Part shown: one piece after another, positions 38,090 to 49,860 of the stretch | Position numbering within the stretch: the stretch's first letter is position 1 | Layout: each line of letters begins with the position of its first letter | Origin: Octopus sinensis | Taxonomy: Eukaryota | Assembly (NCBI RefSeq): GCF_006345805.1 | Contig: NC_042999.1 | Location: forward strand, 43,710,001-43,774,000 | Length of the DNA: 64,000 nt | Direction of reading: 5' to 3' | The notes under the pieces: model-generated | Database searches by the model: none | Seen by the model: the letters and a program-made list of their open reading frames with translations, nothing else | Told to the model about the DNA's origin: nothing | Position numbers and translations under genes: made by a program

Positions 38090-38288
38090 TAATATTGATT
38101 TCAAATTTTGGCACAAGGCCAGCAATTACATCAACCCCGGGACTCAACAGGTACTTATTTTATCTACCCAGAGAGGATGAAAGGCATAGTCAACGTCGGC
38201 TGAATTTGAACTCAGACCGCACAGACGGACGAAATGCCACTAAACATTTTGCCCGGCGTATTAACGATTGTGCCAGCTCGCCGCCCTA
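38090..38288 (-). mobile_element. SINE-B
   Basis: Head and core match. Confidence 0.82.
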
Positions 38289-38405
38289 CATTTAATTATA
38301 TTTTATTATTAATAATAATCGGCAGAGTTTCATGCATTTGCACTTTTTGAATTATGTCAATAGAAGAAATTCTCGGCCTTTGAGTCATTCTGCCAATTGT
38401 TAACA

Positions 38406-38436
<31 letters not shown>

Positions 38437-38444
38437 CATACATA

Positions 38445-38925
38445 AACACCAATTCAAGGATTACTGGTGGACTATTCCCATCAAAACATCAGTCAAATGC
38501 AAACATAACAGGCCGGATATTGTTGTTTGGGACAGAGGGGCAAAGGTATGTACTATCATAGAGACCCTGCAGATATAAATATCTCTTTGGAAATCAAAGA
38601 AAAAGAGGATATCTATGGACAACTTGTTTGAAACCTCCAGTTTCTATATCCAGACTATGAATTTATATTCATACCAATGATAATTGGAGCGCTAGGTTTT
38701 GTTAGTAAATGCTGAAACGAGAATCTGAATAAACTGGAATTTTCAGAAACAGAAACTGCCCGGCTAATTCGTACATTACAAGTGCAATCTGCGAGTGAAA
38801 CAGTAAAACTATGCAAGACTTTTCTCAAATTCCAAATGTGTATCTGTCTTTGTTAACTACATCCCAAAGATGGAGCTTTGTATCTTTGTTGGAAACCTGC
38901 TCCTTCCTCAGGGGAAGATTTATAA
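38445..38925 (+). mobile_element. RLE-type LINE 3' end, family 2
   Basis: YWWTIPIKTSVKCKHNRPDIVVWD..CTIIE (PD-(D/E)xK restriction-like endonuclease) plus 3'UTR. Confidence 0.88.
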
Positions 38926-38994
38926 TAATTTTTTTTAAAAAAACCCAGAAAAAACACACACATCTTATGTTTTGATTTTTGTTTAAACCTAATA

Positions 38995-39455
38995 GGTGCA
39001 GGTATGCTTGCCTGATTTGAACTTTGCTTCCCAACCTCATGGTTACAGGTTCAGTCTCACTGCTTGGTACCTTGGGAAAGTCTCTTCTACTATAGCCAAA
39101 GCGAGGCTATAGTAGAAGACACTTGCTCAAGACGTCACGCAGTGGGACTGAACCCAGAACCATGTGGTTGATAAGCAAGCTACTTACCACACAGCCACTC
39201 CAACACCTATGTATGTATGTATGTATGTATGTATGTATGTATGTATGCATGTATGTGTTGTCGTGTATCTATTTGTCCTCTACCACTGCTTGATAATCGG
39301 TGTAGGTTTGTGTACGTTCCTATAACATAGCGGTTCGGCGAAAAAGACTGATAGAATAAGTACCGAGTTTACAAATACGGACTGGGGTCGATTTGTCGAC
39401 TAAACCCTTCAAGGCGTTGTCCCAGTATGGCCGCAGTCCAATGACTAGAACACGT
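38995..39455. mobile_element. Old plus-strand SINE-A containing an antisense SINE-A head (39100-39205)
   Basis: ctactatagcc aaagcga ggctatagtag junction; 3' half resumes at about 39250. Confidence 0.8.
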
Positions 39456-39739
39456 AAAAAAAAAACACAGTAAAGAAAGATGGATTTCTTTGTGTTTATA
39501 TGCATATAAATAACTACCATCCCACTGTTTTGTAGTTCTGCAATTTCCCCTCACTCTGTCATTCTCTCTCTCTTTCTCTCTCCTCCCCCCAACACTCTCT
39601 CTCTGTCGCACACATTGACTATTGTCTATCTTCCTCCTCTCTCAGTATAACCATACACTTTATTTTATTTTTTTTTTTACTATTCCTTTCTCCATCTCTT
39701 CTTTCTCTCAGCTGTTTCTATTTTCAGACTCCTTACACA

Positions 39740-39784
39740 TACTCGCGCGCGCACACACACACCATACAACACACACACACACAC

Positions 39785-39820
<36 letters not shown>

Positions 39821-39914
39821 AACACACACACACACACAGACACACCACACACAAACACACATTTTCTAGATCTCAAATGCTTTCCTCTCATTTTCTCCCC
39901 GCCGTCTCTCCATG

Positions 39915-39963
<49 letters not shown>

Positions 39964-40055
39964 TTTCTAGATCTCAAATGCTTTCCTCTCATTTTCTCCC
40001 CGCTGTCACTCTATGCACACACACACACACACACACACACATACGCACACACACA

Positions 40056-40107
<52 letters not shown>

Positions 40108-40110
40108 ACG
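39740..40110. repeat. (CA)n field with a tandemly duplicated block of about 55 bp
   Basis: cattttctagatctcaaatgctttcctctcattttctccccgc occurs near 39860 and 39961. Confidence 0.9.
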
Positions 40111-40302
40111 ATGCACATCTTGCATGCAGAGAAATAACATCACCCTGCTGACGTTATTGTCGGGTCGGTTTATATTACAAAAATTCAAGTCACGTTTTCC
40201 ATCATTTTGTTTCTTCTTTCTCTTCTCCGTGTCTGATGTCACCGATGAATTATGATTCATTGGGTGTCTGTCCCGCAGTATTAAAGACTATATATATATC
40301 TT

Positions 40303-40590
40303 GTGGAGGCGCAATAGCCCAGTGGTTAGGGCAGCGGACTCGCGGTCGTAGGATCGCGGTTTCGACTCCCAGACCGGGCGTTGTGAGTCTTTATTGAGCG
40401 AAAACACCTAAAAGCTTCACGATGCTCTGGTAGGGGTGGTGATCCTTGCTGTACTCTTTCACCACTCTTTCTTCTGTTGGCTTGCTCGCTTAGCCAGCGG
40501 GGTGGCGTCATTCAAAGGCTAAAACAATGCGAACGCATTGTGACCAACGATGTGTAACAACATCTGATGGTCTGGTCGGTCACGTGATCG
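40303..40590 (+). mobile_element. SINE-C, tail type i
   Basis: tggaggcgcaat.gcccagtggttagggcagcggac head; flanking direct repeat atatatatctt. Confidence 0.9.
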
Positions 40591-40602
40591 TGATATATAT
40601 CT

Positions 40603-40985
40603 TATCTTTTACTTGTTTCAGTCATTCGACTGCGGCCATGCTGGGGCATCGCCTTGAAATGTTTTAGCCAAAAGAATCCATCCCACTACTTACTTTTTTC
40701 AAACATGGTACTTTTTCTATCGATTCTCTTTTTCCGAACTGCTAGGTTATGAGGACGCAAACAAAGCAACACAGGTTGTCAAGCGGTGGCCTCACACACA
40801 AACACACACCACACACACACACACACACTCATACGACGGATTTCTTTCAGTTTACTTTCACTAAATTCACTCGCTAGGCTTTGATTGGTCCGGGGCTACA
40901 GTAGAAGACATCTGTCCTAGGTGCCAGGCATAGTACTGAACCAGGAACCATGTGGTTTGGAAATAGACTTCTTACTACACAGCGA
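40603..40985 (-). mobile_element. Old SINE-A
   Basis: Family match. Confidence 0.82.
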
Positions 40986-41104
40986 CGTCTATTACTTGAC
41001 ACTGTGAATGAAAATGATACGGTACTGTTGTTGTTATTGTTGTTGCTGTTTTCTTCTTCTTCTTCTTCTTCTTCTTCTTCTTCTTCTCTTCTTCTTCTTC
41101 TTTC

Positions 41105-41582
41105 TTCTGATTCACGCCATTAGCCACAAAGAATAATCTCTAATTCGAGCCTACTCTAAGCTACTAAGAATGCGTGTAGCAACTTGAAGATGCACCCACC
41201 ACATACGATAGACTGGCAGTTGCACGGGCGCCAAAGCTACGTTGTTATCCTCATTCCGTAAACGGTGGCTTTTTTAACGGGTGGAGAGCTGAACCGTCCT
41301 GGGGTACAGAGGATTCGCAGTCTTGACTAGGGTCTGAAAGTTTACCACGCCATAGTGGGTTACACCATGGCTCCTCTGCTTTGTGGCAGAAGTAGGAAGA
41401 AAGAGTGAGAGAAAGTTGTGGTGAAAGAGTACAGCGGGGTTCACCACCCTCCCCGCCGGAGCCTCGTGGAGCTTAGGTGTTTTTGCTCAATGAACACTCA
41501 CAATGCCCGGTCTGGAAATCGAAACCGCGCTCTTACGACCGCGAGTCCGCTGCCCTAACCACTGGGCCATTGCGCCTCCACT
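41105..41582 (-). mobile_element. SINE-C, long tail type iii ending in (GAA)n
   Basis: End-to-end homologue of 63375-63848. Confidence 0.9.
41307..41387 (-). ncRNA. Candidate structured RNA with HDV-ribozyme-like pseudoknot topology
   Basis: Manual pairing: P1 GCCAC/GUGGU, P2 CAGAGGA/UCCUCUG, P3 GCCAU/AUGGC, J4/2 GCGAA; compensatory change in the 63571-63651 copy; L3 and P1.1 are non-canonical. Confidence 0.4.
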
Positions 41583-41649
41583 GCTGTTGTTATTGCTGTT
41601 AAGTCCCGTGTCAAACTTGATCCAGCAGATCTATGATAAGGGTTCCTGA

Positions 41650-42615
41650 AAATATAGCTGTGTGGTTAAGAAGCTAGTTTTTCAAACACCTGATTTAGGG
41701 TTCAGTCCCACTGCGTGGAACTGAGAGCAAGTGTCTTCTTCTATAACTCCGGGTCGACCAATGGCTTGTGGGTAAATTTGAGAGACGAAAACCGCGTGGA
41801 ACCCGTCGTACATACACACATACACACATACATCTGCCAAGTGTAAGCATAACAGGCCGGATATTGTTATTTGGGACAGACAAGAAAAAGTATGTACTGT
41901 CGTAGAGGTAAGCTGTCCTGCTGATGTGATTATCTCTTTCAAAATCAAAGGAAAAGAAAATATCTATGGACAACTGCTCTGAAACCTCCAGCTTCTATAT
42001 CCAGATTACAAATTTACATTTATAACAATAATAATTGGAGCATTTGGTTTTGTAAGTAAACGCCTAACTCTCAGTTTGGATAAGCTTGGATTTTCAGAAA
42101 AAGAAATCAACCAACTGATTCACACATCACAATTACAATCTGTAAGCGGAAAAGTAAAATTATGCAAGACTTTTCTCAGGTTCAAAAGATAGAGCTTTGT
42201 ATCTTTGTTAGAAACCAGCTCATTCTTCAGAGGAAGAATTTAAATGAATACAGAGGAGACATACATGCATACTTACATACGTACGTACGTACGTACGTAT
42301 GTATGTATGTATGTATGTATGTATGTATGTATGTATGTATGTATGTATGTATGTATGTATGTATGTACGTACGTATGTATGTATGTATGTATGTATGTAT
42401 GTACGTATGTATGTATGTCTTTGTGTTTGTCCCTCTCCCACGCACTACTTCACAACCGGTATTGGTTTGTTCACCTCCTCGTAACTTGGTGGTTCGGTAA
42501 AAGACTTTTTTAAAAAAAAAGACATAAATACTGGGGTGGATTGTTCCACTACTAAACCCTTCAAAGTGATGCTCCAGCATGGCTGCAGTCCAATGACTGA
42601 AACCAGCAAAAGATA
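41650..42615 (+). mobile_element. Old SINE-A split by an RLE LINE fragment and (TATG)n
   Basis: 5' half 41650-41830, 3' half 42415-42615. Confidence 0.75.
41840..42250 (+). mobile_element. RLE-type LINE 3' end, family 2
   Basis: KHNRPDIVIWD..CTVVE..SCPADV; homologous to 38480-38925. Confidence 0.88.
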
Positions 42616-43919
42616 AGAGATCAGATATCCCCTTTCATCCAACCGAGTACAAAGAATGAACCTAAGAACACATTATCCTGCAACCGCATAGTGGCTCCTT
42701 CGTTATGTGTGTACGTGTATGTGTGATCACAAATCATCACTGACTGAGCGGACTTATGTTCTTTCAATCGTGACTATTTCATCTGTGTTTTTTTCCTTCT
42801 TTTCTTCTAAAGCCACAGCGTATCTAGAACGACTTTACCCAATATAAATCACGATTTTTCTTTGTGACTTAAACAAATGCAGCAAATTTGGAAAGTCTTA
42901 AAAATGTCCAATACAATCCCTTGCGGTAGTTCTGGTGTACGAGACGTTTTGGCGCAGCCGTTTTGGCATCGCTGATTTGACAAAATTCACTCGTTTAATT
43001 GTTTCTCTCGTTCAAGATTATTCGGTCATTTTCTTTTTCTTTTTTTATTATTTTCAGAGAGTGTATCGATGACTACATTATTCAATACATCAGTCAATAT
43101 ATTATTCCGTTGTGGAGAGGTGTGGTGTCAATAAATTAAGTACCAGTAAGATATTGAGGTTCATACAACTGATATTGTATTTACTGCCCGTTAGACAATA
43201 AAGAAGTTATTTTCGTTGGTGTTGGAGACACGAAGGTACAACGACAGCAGCAGAGAACTAACTGAGAAGCTGGTAGTTCGTATCTTAGCAGCTCATCTCT
43301 TTCATGGTATTTTAGCTCTCAAATGGACCAGTCCATTCAGGGGAGTAGAGAACGCAACAGCAATGTCAAACAAACAAGAAGCTTGTAAAAAAAACGTCAG
43401 CTAAATTTATCCCCTGTGTCAAGATTAAAAAGTAGATAGTCTCCGCCCAATTAACGTCCTTCACGTGATGTTGAGTTATCTTTAACAACGCACAATGCAC
43501 TATGTTATTGGCATCAGAAGAAAATAGGACATTACGACATTCATCTGCTGTTACCAAGTGTATTGGTTGTGTATATGAACGGATAAATGAAGAATAGAAG
43601 AAAGAAAAAAAAAAGATTAAAAAGAAAGAAACACTTTTAGTCGAGAGTTTGAAAAGGTTTCTGTTTAATATAATTTCATGTCGGTCATCCAGACACGTTT
43701 TTCTTCTTTCTCCGATTTTTTTCCCTTCTTCTCTCTATGTTTTCTTTCTTCATTCCTTTCTGTAGAAGAGCGTAGGCTGGAAATATCAAAGACAGTTCCA
43801 TTTTTCCTGAGCGTCGAACTAATACACCTTGTTTGTTGTTCTCTCACATGTCTCTTGTCTTTCGTTTTTTGATTTTTTTGAACAATTTTGAACCATATGT
43901 ATGTCTCTTCTATTTTTTA

Positions 43920-44050
43920 ATTATTATAAATCTGAGGAAGGAGCAGGCTTCCAACAAAGATACAAGGCTCCATCTTTGGGATGTAGTTAACATTTGGAAC
44001 TTGAGAAAATTCTTGCGTATTTTTACTGTTCCACTCACAGATTGCACTTA
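43920..44050 (-). mobile_element. RLE LINE family 2 3'UTR fragment
   Basis: Reverse complement of 38810-38925. Confidence 0.75.
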
Positions 44051-44074
44051 TAATGTACGAATGTATGTATGTAT

Positions 44075-44397
44075 GTATGTCACCGTGACATTTTTTTCCG
44101 TGACCGACCAGGCTATCAGATGTTGTTACACATCGCTGGTCACAATGCGCTTCGCATTGTTTTAGCCTTGAAATGACGCCACCCCGTTGGCTAAGCGAGC
44201 AGGCCAACAGAAGAAAGAGTGAGAGAAAGTTGTGGCGAAAGAGTACAGCAGGGATCGCCACCACCCCCTGCCGGAGCCTCGTGGAGATTTAGGTGTTTTC
44301 GCTCAATAAACACTCACAACGCCCGGTCTGGGAATCGAAACCGCGATCCTACGACCGTGAGTCCGCTGCTCTAACCACTAGGCCATTGCGCCTCCAC
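44075..44397 (-). mobile_element. SINE-C, tail type i
   Basis: Homologous to 40303-40590; lies within (TATG)n. Confidence 0.92.
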
Positions 44398-44512
44398 ATG
44401 TATGTATGTATGTAAATAGATATACACATACATATCCCCCCACCCATATATACAAAGCTGACGACTTTTTTAACCAGCCCGTCGGTAACTACGACACCAG
44501 TTATGTATTTGT

Positions 44513-44550
<38 letters not shown>

Positions 44551-44704
44551 ATCATATTAACTGCTGGAAGAATGAGCATTCAATATCATAGCAGAGACTA
44601 ATAATATTTTAATTTTGGTTGAGTCAGTCTCTTTACTACTCAATAAGCACACACGTGAAACTCCAGATTAACAAGAGGGTGACTCAACCAAAAATTAAAC
44701 AAAG

Positions 44705-44860
44705 TAATTGCTTCCCAACCACATTGTTCCGGGTTCAGTTTCCGTAAAGCTAGCGGTTCTGCAAAAGTAAGTACTAGGGTGGGGGGTCATTCAGCTAAAC
44801 CCTTTATGGCGGTGCCCCAGCATGACCACAGTCTAACGTCTGGAACAAGTAAAAAACAAA
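44705..44860 (+). mobile_element. Internally deleted SINE-A
   Basis: Head fragment joined to the 3' end. Confidence 0.65.
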
Positions 44861-44895
44861 GATAATATATATAATTCTTTAACAAAAATAGCGTT

Positions 44896-44943
44896 GACCG
44901 TGACTTTGAAGTTTCGGCCAGCTAAGCAATCATCGGACTGTCC
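44896..44943 (-). ncRNA. Penelope-type minimal type I hammerhead ribozyme motif (mutated copy)
   Basis: GACAGU CCGAUGA U UGC..GCC GAAAC UUCAAA GUC ACGGUC; stem I 5 of 6 pairs, GUC triplet present. Confidence 0.55.
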
Positions 44944-45429
44944 TGTGATGGCTAACATCGAAGTCATGATCAATAGTCTTTTCCTCACGTGACCATCTTT
45001 CTTTCCTGCACGGCCCTTCTAATGACTGGACGTCCCCTATCTCTCTCTCTCTTCTATCTTTTCTCTTTTCAAAGAAAATATTTCTCTCAGCGTTCGCTAT
45101 TTTCCCCTCGTTCAGGTCTAACGACTCTACATGTTTGTTTTCGTTCGATTCCCCTGTATGTCTTTAGCCTCCTGTTTTTGTTCCTAACTTTGACTCTCCA
45201 TAAATCCTAAATTCTATTTTGGTATTTATGGACGCAACAGTCTTCGAAGACCCATATTGTCGTTGATTGCTCGAAATGGAGGATGAACAGCCGACAACTG
45301 ATGAAGGGTCGTTCTTTGTATCCTTTGTATTACTTATCTTGTTTTCCATTTTTCTCTCGTTATTTGCGTATTTAACTCATTTGTTTTCATATTTCATGTT
45401 GTTTACTGTTGGTGACGTTCTGTACCCCA

Positions 45430-45529
45430 TATAATATATATATGTTGTGTATGTGTATATGTATATATGTATGTGTATATATATAGTTGTGTGTATATAT
45501 ATATATATGTCTGTGTGTATATATATATA

Positions 45530-45569
<40 letters not shown>

Positions 45570-45600
45570 TATGATGTGTGTATATATATATGTATGTGTG

Positions 45601-45640
<40 letters not shown>

Positions 45641-45683
45641 TTGTGTATATATATATGTATGTGTATATTATGTATATGTGTAA

Positions 45684-45729
<46 letters not shown>

Positions 45730-45816
45730 ATACCCACACACACACACACATATATTATATATACACACCACACACATATATATATTATATATTATATCAC
45801 ACACACACACAACACC

Positions 45817-45864
<48 letters not shown>

Positions 45865-45880
45865 ATATTATATATATATA
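45430..45880. repeat. Compound TA/TG then TA/CA microsatellite with roughly inverted composition
   Basis: TG-interrupted left half, CA-interrupted right half. Confidence 0.85.
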
Positions 45881-45881
45881 T

Positions 45882-46085
45882 GAAGGCGGCGAGCTGACAG
45901 AATCGGTAGCACGCCTGGCGAAATGCTTAGCGATATTTCGTCTGTCTGCACGTTCTGAGTTCAAATTCCGGTCGACTTTGCCTTTCATCCTTTCGGCGTC
46001 GATAAATTAAGTACCTGTGAATCACTGAGGTCGATATAATCGACAAGTCCCATCCCCCAAAATTACAGGCCTTGTGCCTTTAGTA
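45882..46085 (+). mobile_element. SINE-B
   Basis: Head, core and aaaatt..ggccttgtg tail variant. Confidence 0.88.
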
Positions 46086-47004
46086 GAAAGGATTTTATAT
46101 ATGTGCGTGCGTGTGTGTGTGTATTCGCGTACAAGCATATTGATATTGTCACGAATTTAAGTTTGCCCTTGCCTCTACTTAGAAAATAACTATTCCAGAT
46201 AAAGGAAACATGATATTTTAAGTAAGATAAATTTATTGTATACGTTAAGTGACACCACCCTAACATCTCATTACTCAGAGTTTCATTTCCGTAGTCAGTA
46301 TTTAGGTAAGGTTGTTTTGTGTTGCGTATTCGACTAAGGCCGAATGACACAGTACTTAATCATTGGGATCAGAACACCATTCTGACCTCTTCAAGATATA
46401 TGTCATAGTGAAGAAATATCTCTACTACGAACTCTGCTATCTCATTACGACCTCAAAGCTTTTGTATAATACTGTCAGAAAATATATGTGTGAGAACGTG
46501 AAAGAAATAAAATGCGTTGATCGAGAATCGAATCTATGCAGCAGATTCAGCATACTAGAAGTATATGTTCCATGCCACTTGCCTAACGAAAATCTTTATA
46601 CAAATCACAAATGCTCTCACCGACAGTAGGATGGGTAAGTTACAGAGATAAATAAAACGGATCTAGTTAAAGTGATTCACAGAATCTGCATTTTTTTTAA
46701 AGGAAGTAAAAAATCTGAAAATCGGTTATATTGATGTGTAGTTTTCCACTTTTATTGCTGTGAACCCCATGATCTTGCGGAGAAAATATTTAAGGAAAAA
46801 GTTACAGAATTTTGAAAAGAATATAAGTGTACTGCAATTGAAAAAAGGATGCGGAGCACTGGATTAAAGTAACAAGTCCATCAAAATTCCTAGCTGATTA
46901 TGTAGAGGGGTGGCGGAATCAAGCGGAAGGCTACGCATAAGATGGATGAGGAGGAGGAGAACGAGCATAAGACGGCGAAAATGAAGAAGAAGAAGAAGAA
47001 GAAA

Positions 47005-47263
47005 AATTAGGGCCATATTTAGCGAATCTTTTTAACTTAGCGTATGCTCGTGGTCGGTCAGTACATACAATTCCACTGTTACCGAAATTCGTCTGAAGAG
47101 CAAAAACTTATTTGACCACCAGACGATATTTACCAGCGACAACTGAAAGTGAAGAAACTATTAAATAGATAACTTGACAATCGCCCTTGATTCCTGGGCA
47201 ATTGTCAAGTTATCTTAGCATACTCTAAGATAAAAAAAAGATTTGCAGTATATGGCCCTAATT
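47005..47263. mobile_element. MITE-like element with 14-bp TIRs and an internal hairpin
   Basis: aattagggccatat / atatggccctaatt; internal arms agataacttgacaat / attgtcaagttatct at 47167-47215. Confidence 0.65.
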
Positions 47264-47296
47264 CTTCTTCTTATTCTTATTCTTATTATTATTATT

Positions 47297-47851
47297 GAGT
47301 GAGAGAGCAGTGCATGCCATCAAAGTGACACTGGATAAAATATACGAAGCCCAATATACCCATCATGACTACCCGTCTGATAAGGGTACACCAGGCACAT
47401 GCATCACAACCATATGTGCGCGACATGGTGATCTCATATCAAGATAAACAGCACATGACCTTGCAGGTGGGCCCCAGTTAGAATTTTGTTCTTCAGGTGA
47501 GTAGCCCATCCCGCTCAAAAGGTCCCTGAATAAGGGTTGTTTAAGGATGTTGAAAGAACCACCCATGTTCCCAGAGGTGAATTATTCAAACCCCAAAGAT
47601 CCCTCTCAACACTGGCTATGATGCTCCCCCACTACTTCTGCTCGTGATCAGAGATGCACATATCGTCAGCCACTAAGGGACATGCTCAACTGGTTAAGGT
47701 CAAACACACTGACAAGCAAATCTGTGGTATTGAGCAGAATATTTGCTGTAGCCCATCTTTTATACCAAGACAAAACAATGTACATGATAACACTTCCAAT
47801 CAGTTAGATCGAAGCCATGAGAGCCACTGCCTGGTACTGCATCAGGGCATT
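47297..47851. mobile_element. (AAT)n-embedded non-coding element, copy 2
   Basis: Reverse complement of 4165-4718 with the same two ends. Confidence 0.85.
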
Positions 47852-48321
47852 TATTTATATTTTATTATTATTATTTTATTATATTCTTATTATTTTATTA
47901 TTATTATTCTTCTTCTCTTCTTCTTCTTCTTCTTCTTCTTCTTCTTCTTCTTTGTATCCTTCCTCTTGATCCCGCCTTCCCTACATAATCTCTACCACAC
48001 TTACTACTCATCCCATATACACACTTTTACTAATTTTTTTTGTTTCCTCCTGATATAAGCAAAAAAAAAAACAAGATCTGAAAGACGCCCAATGTGACAG
48101 TACACTTTTGATACAAGTCTGATGAAATGTTTCTCTAATGTCTAAAACCGCAAACATTACGTAAATTTTTACGTAAAACTGGCGTTGCAAATAGAGCGGG
48201 TACAGAAACACTTGTAACTAATGATTTAAGATGTGCTAAAGAATTTTCATTGTTTTCTTCTTATCGTTTGGATAAAATGTATGTGTGTGTGTATTTATAC
48301 AGACATACACATACACACAAC

Positions 48322-48541
48322 ACGAGAGGTTGCTGATAAGTTTCTGGCTTTAGGTAAAAGAAAATACAGGAGGATCAGTTAATTATGATTTTATTAAACT
48401 TATTCCTCTCCCAGATTCACACACTTATTGCAGCGGTCCTTCAGTTTTTCTAAGCCCTGTAAAAGAACTCAGAAGGCTGGGCCTCCAGGTAAGCCTTTTG
48501 GCGACAGCCCTAAAGCCAGGAACTTTCCAACATCCCCTCGT
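48322..48541. mobile_element. Mariner-derived MITE
   Basis: TIRs cgag.gg..gctga.aagtt.ctggcttta / taaagccaggaactt; homologous to 61521-61738. Confidence 0.85.
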
Positions 48542-49860
48542 GTGTGTGTGTATGTATTTATATATGTATATATATGCACACATACTTACACCCCTCACCC
48601 ATACACACTGTAACCTTACGTGGTCATAGTAGAAAACTCATGCCCAAAGTGCCTGCCATTGAGCGTTATTGAACTCGGAGACAGTGGTTTTGTAGGGGAA
48701 TTTCTTAAGCTTACGGGCATACCTGTACTCTATATTTAGAATACACATGTTGGGCAGATGCATCCCCCTACTACGTACGTAGACAGACATATACTGTGTT
48801 CTAAACCCTGATATGTTTACCTACACAGACAAGAATTTAGATTAAACACGTGGCACGCTAATCGTATTTAACTCAGTGATTTCTTTAGGAAAATCAGCTG
48901 TTATATCACCTTACTAAATGTCTCATAATATTCGCTTTTCTTCGCATTCCTCCGGTCCTTGTTTTTGTCAGTTCGACCTCCTTCTCCCGCCCCTCTCTCC
49001 CTTCCTTCGTGTTCCTTTCCTTTTTTCGTATCCTATTTCGCAGTTGAGTTTTGTAAGCCTTTCCGCTTATTGGCTTGCTCGTCTTTCCTCTTGCTCAAGG
49101 TGTTTCAGTTACTCCCTATCTCTCTAAATATGTATGTATGTGTGTATTTATGCATGTATGTATGTGTGTGTGTGTGTGGTATGTGTGCGTATGTATGTGT
49201 TTCTGTATATATGTATGTTTGCATGAATTTATGTGTGTGTGTGCATATGTGTGTATGTATGTATGAATTTATGTGTGTGTGTGCGCGCGTATGTATGTAT
49301 GCACGCATGTGTGAATTTCTGTATGTATACATGCACACACACATATATATATATAAATATATGTGTGTGTGTGTGTATGTATATTTAAGTATATATATAC
49401 ATACACATGCACACAAACATACATATATACACACGCATATAATGTTACCGACATTAAATATAGTGTGTGAAACTAAGGCAGTCTACAGAATACTTAGGTA
49501 TTCAAGGGAATGGCTAAGGCTTCAAGTCAAGGTATAAAATCAAATCACCTGTACACATTTTCTAAATGTTCTTTAGATTACCGAATTTGTTTAAGACAAC
49601 GTGTAAAACGACAAAAAATGTTCTCACGAATCGGCAGGCTGCCAAACACAATTTTGAACTACAACCAGTCGAAATGAGTTCTTGCTTCTTGAAAGCGGTT
49701 CTATGGTTCGGAGATCGATTCCTTAGTGTGACTAACAACGTGGAGAAGTTAGCAATATTTTGACCACAGTAAGGCCGTGGGTGAGCAGAGCTGTTAGAGC
49801 GTTGGACAAAATGATTGGTGGCATTTTTTTACCGCTCTTTACGTTCTGAGTATATTTTCC

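Noticed and set aside
40303-40385. tRNA genes (also 4047-4128, 12500-12582, 19033-19105, 44320-44397)
   Set aside because: A and B boxes are present but acceptor stems do not close and each runs into a SINE body.
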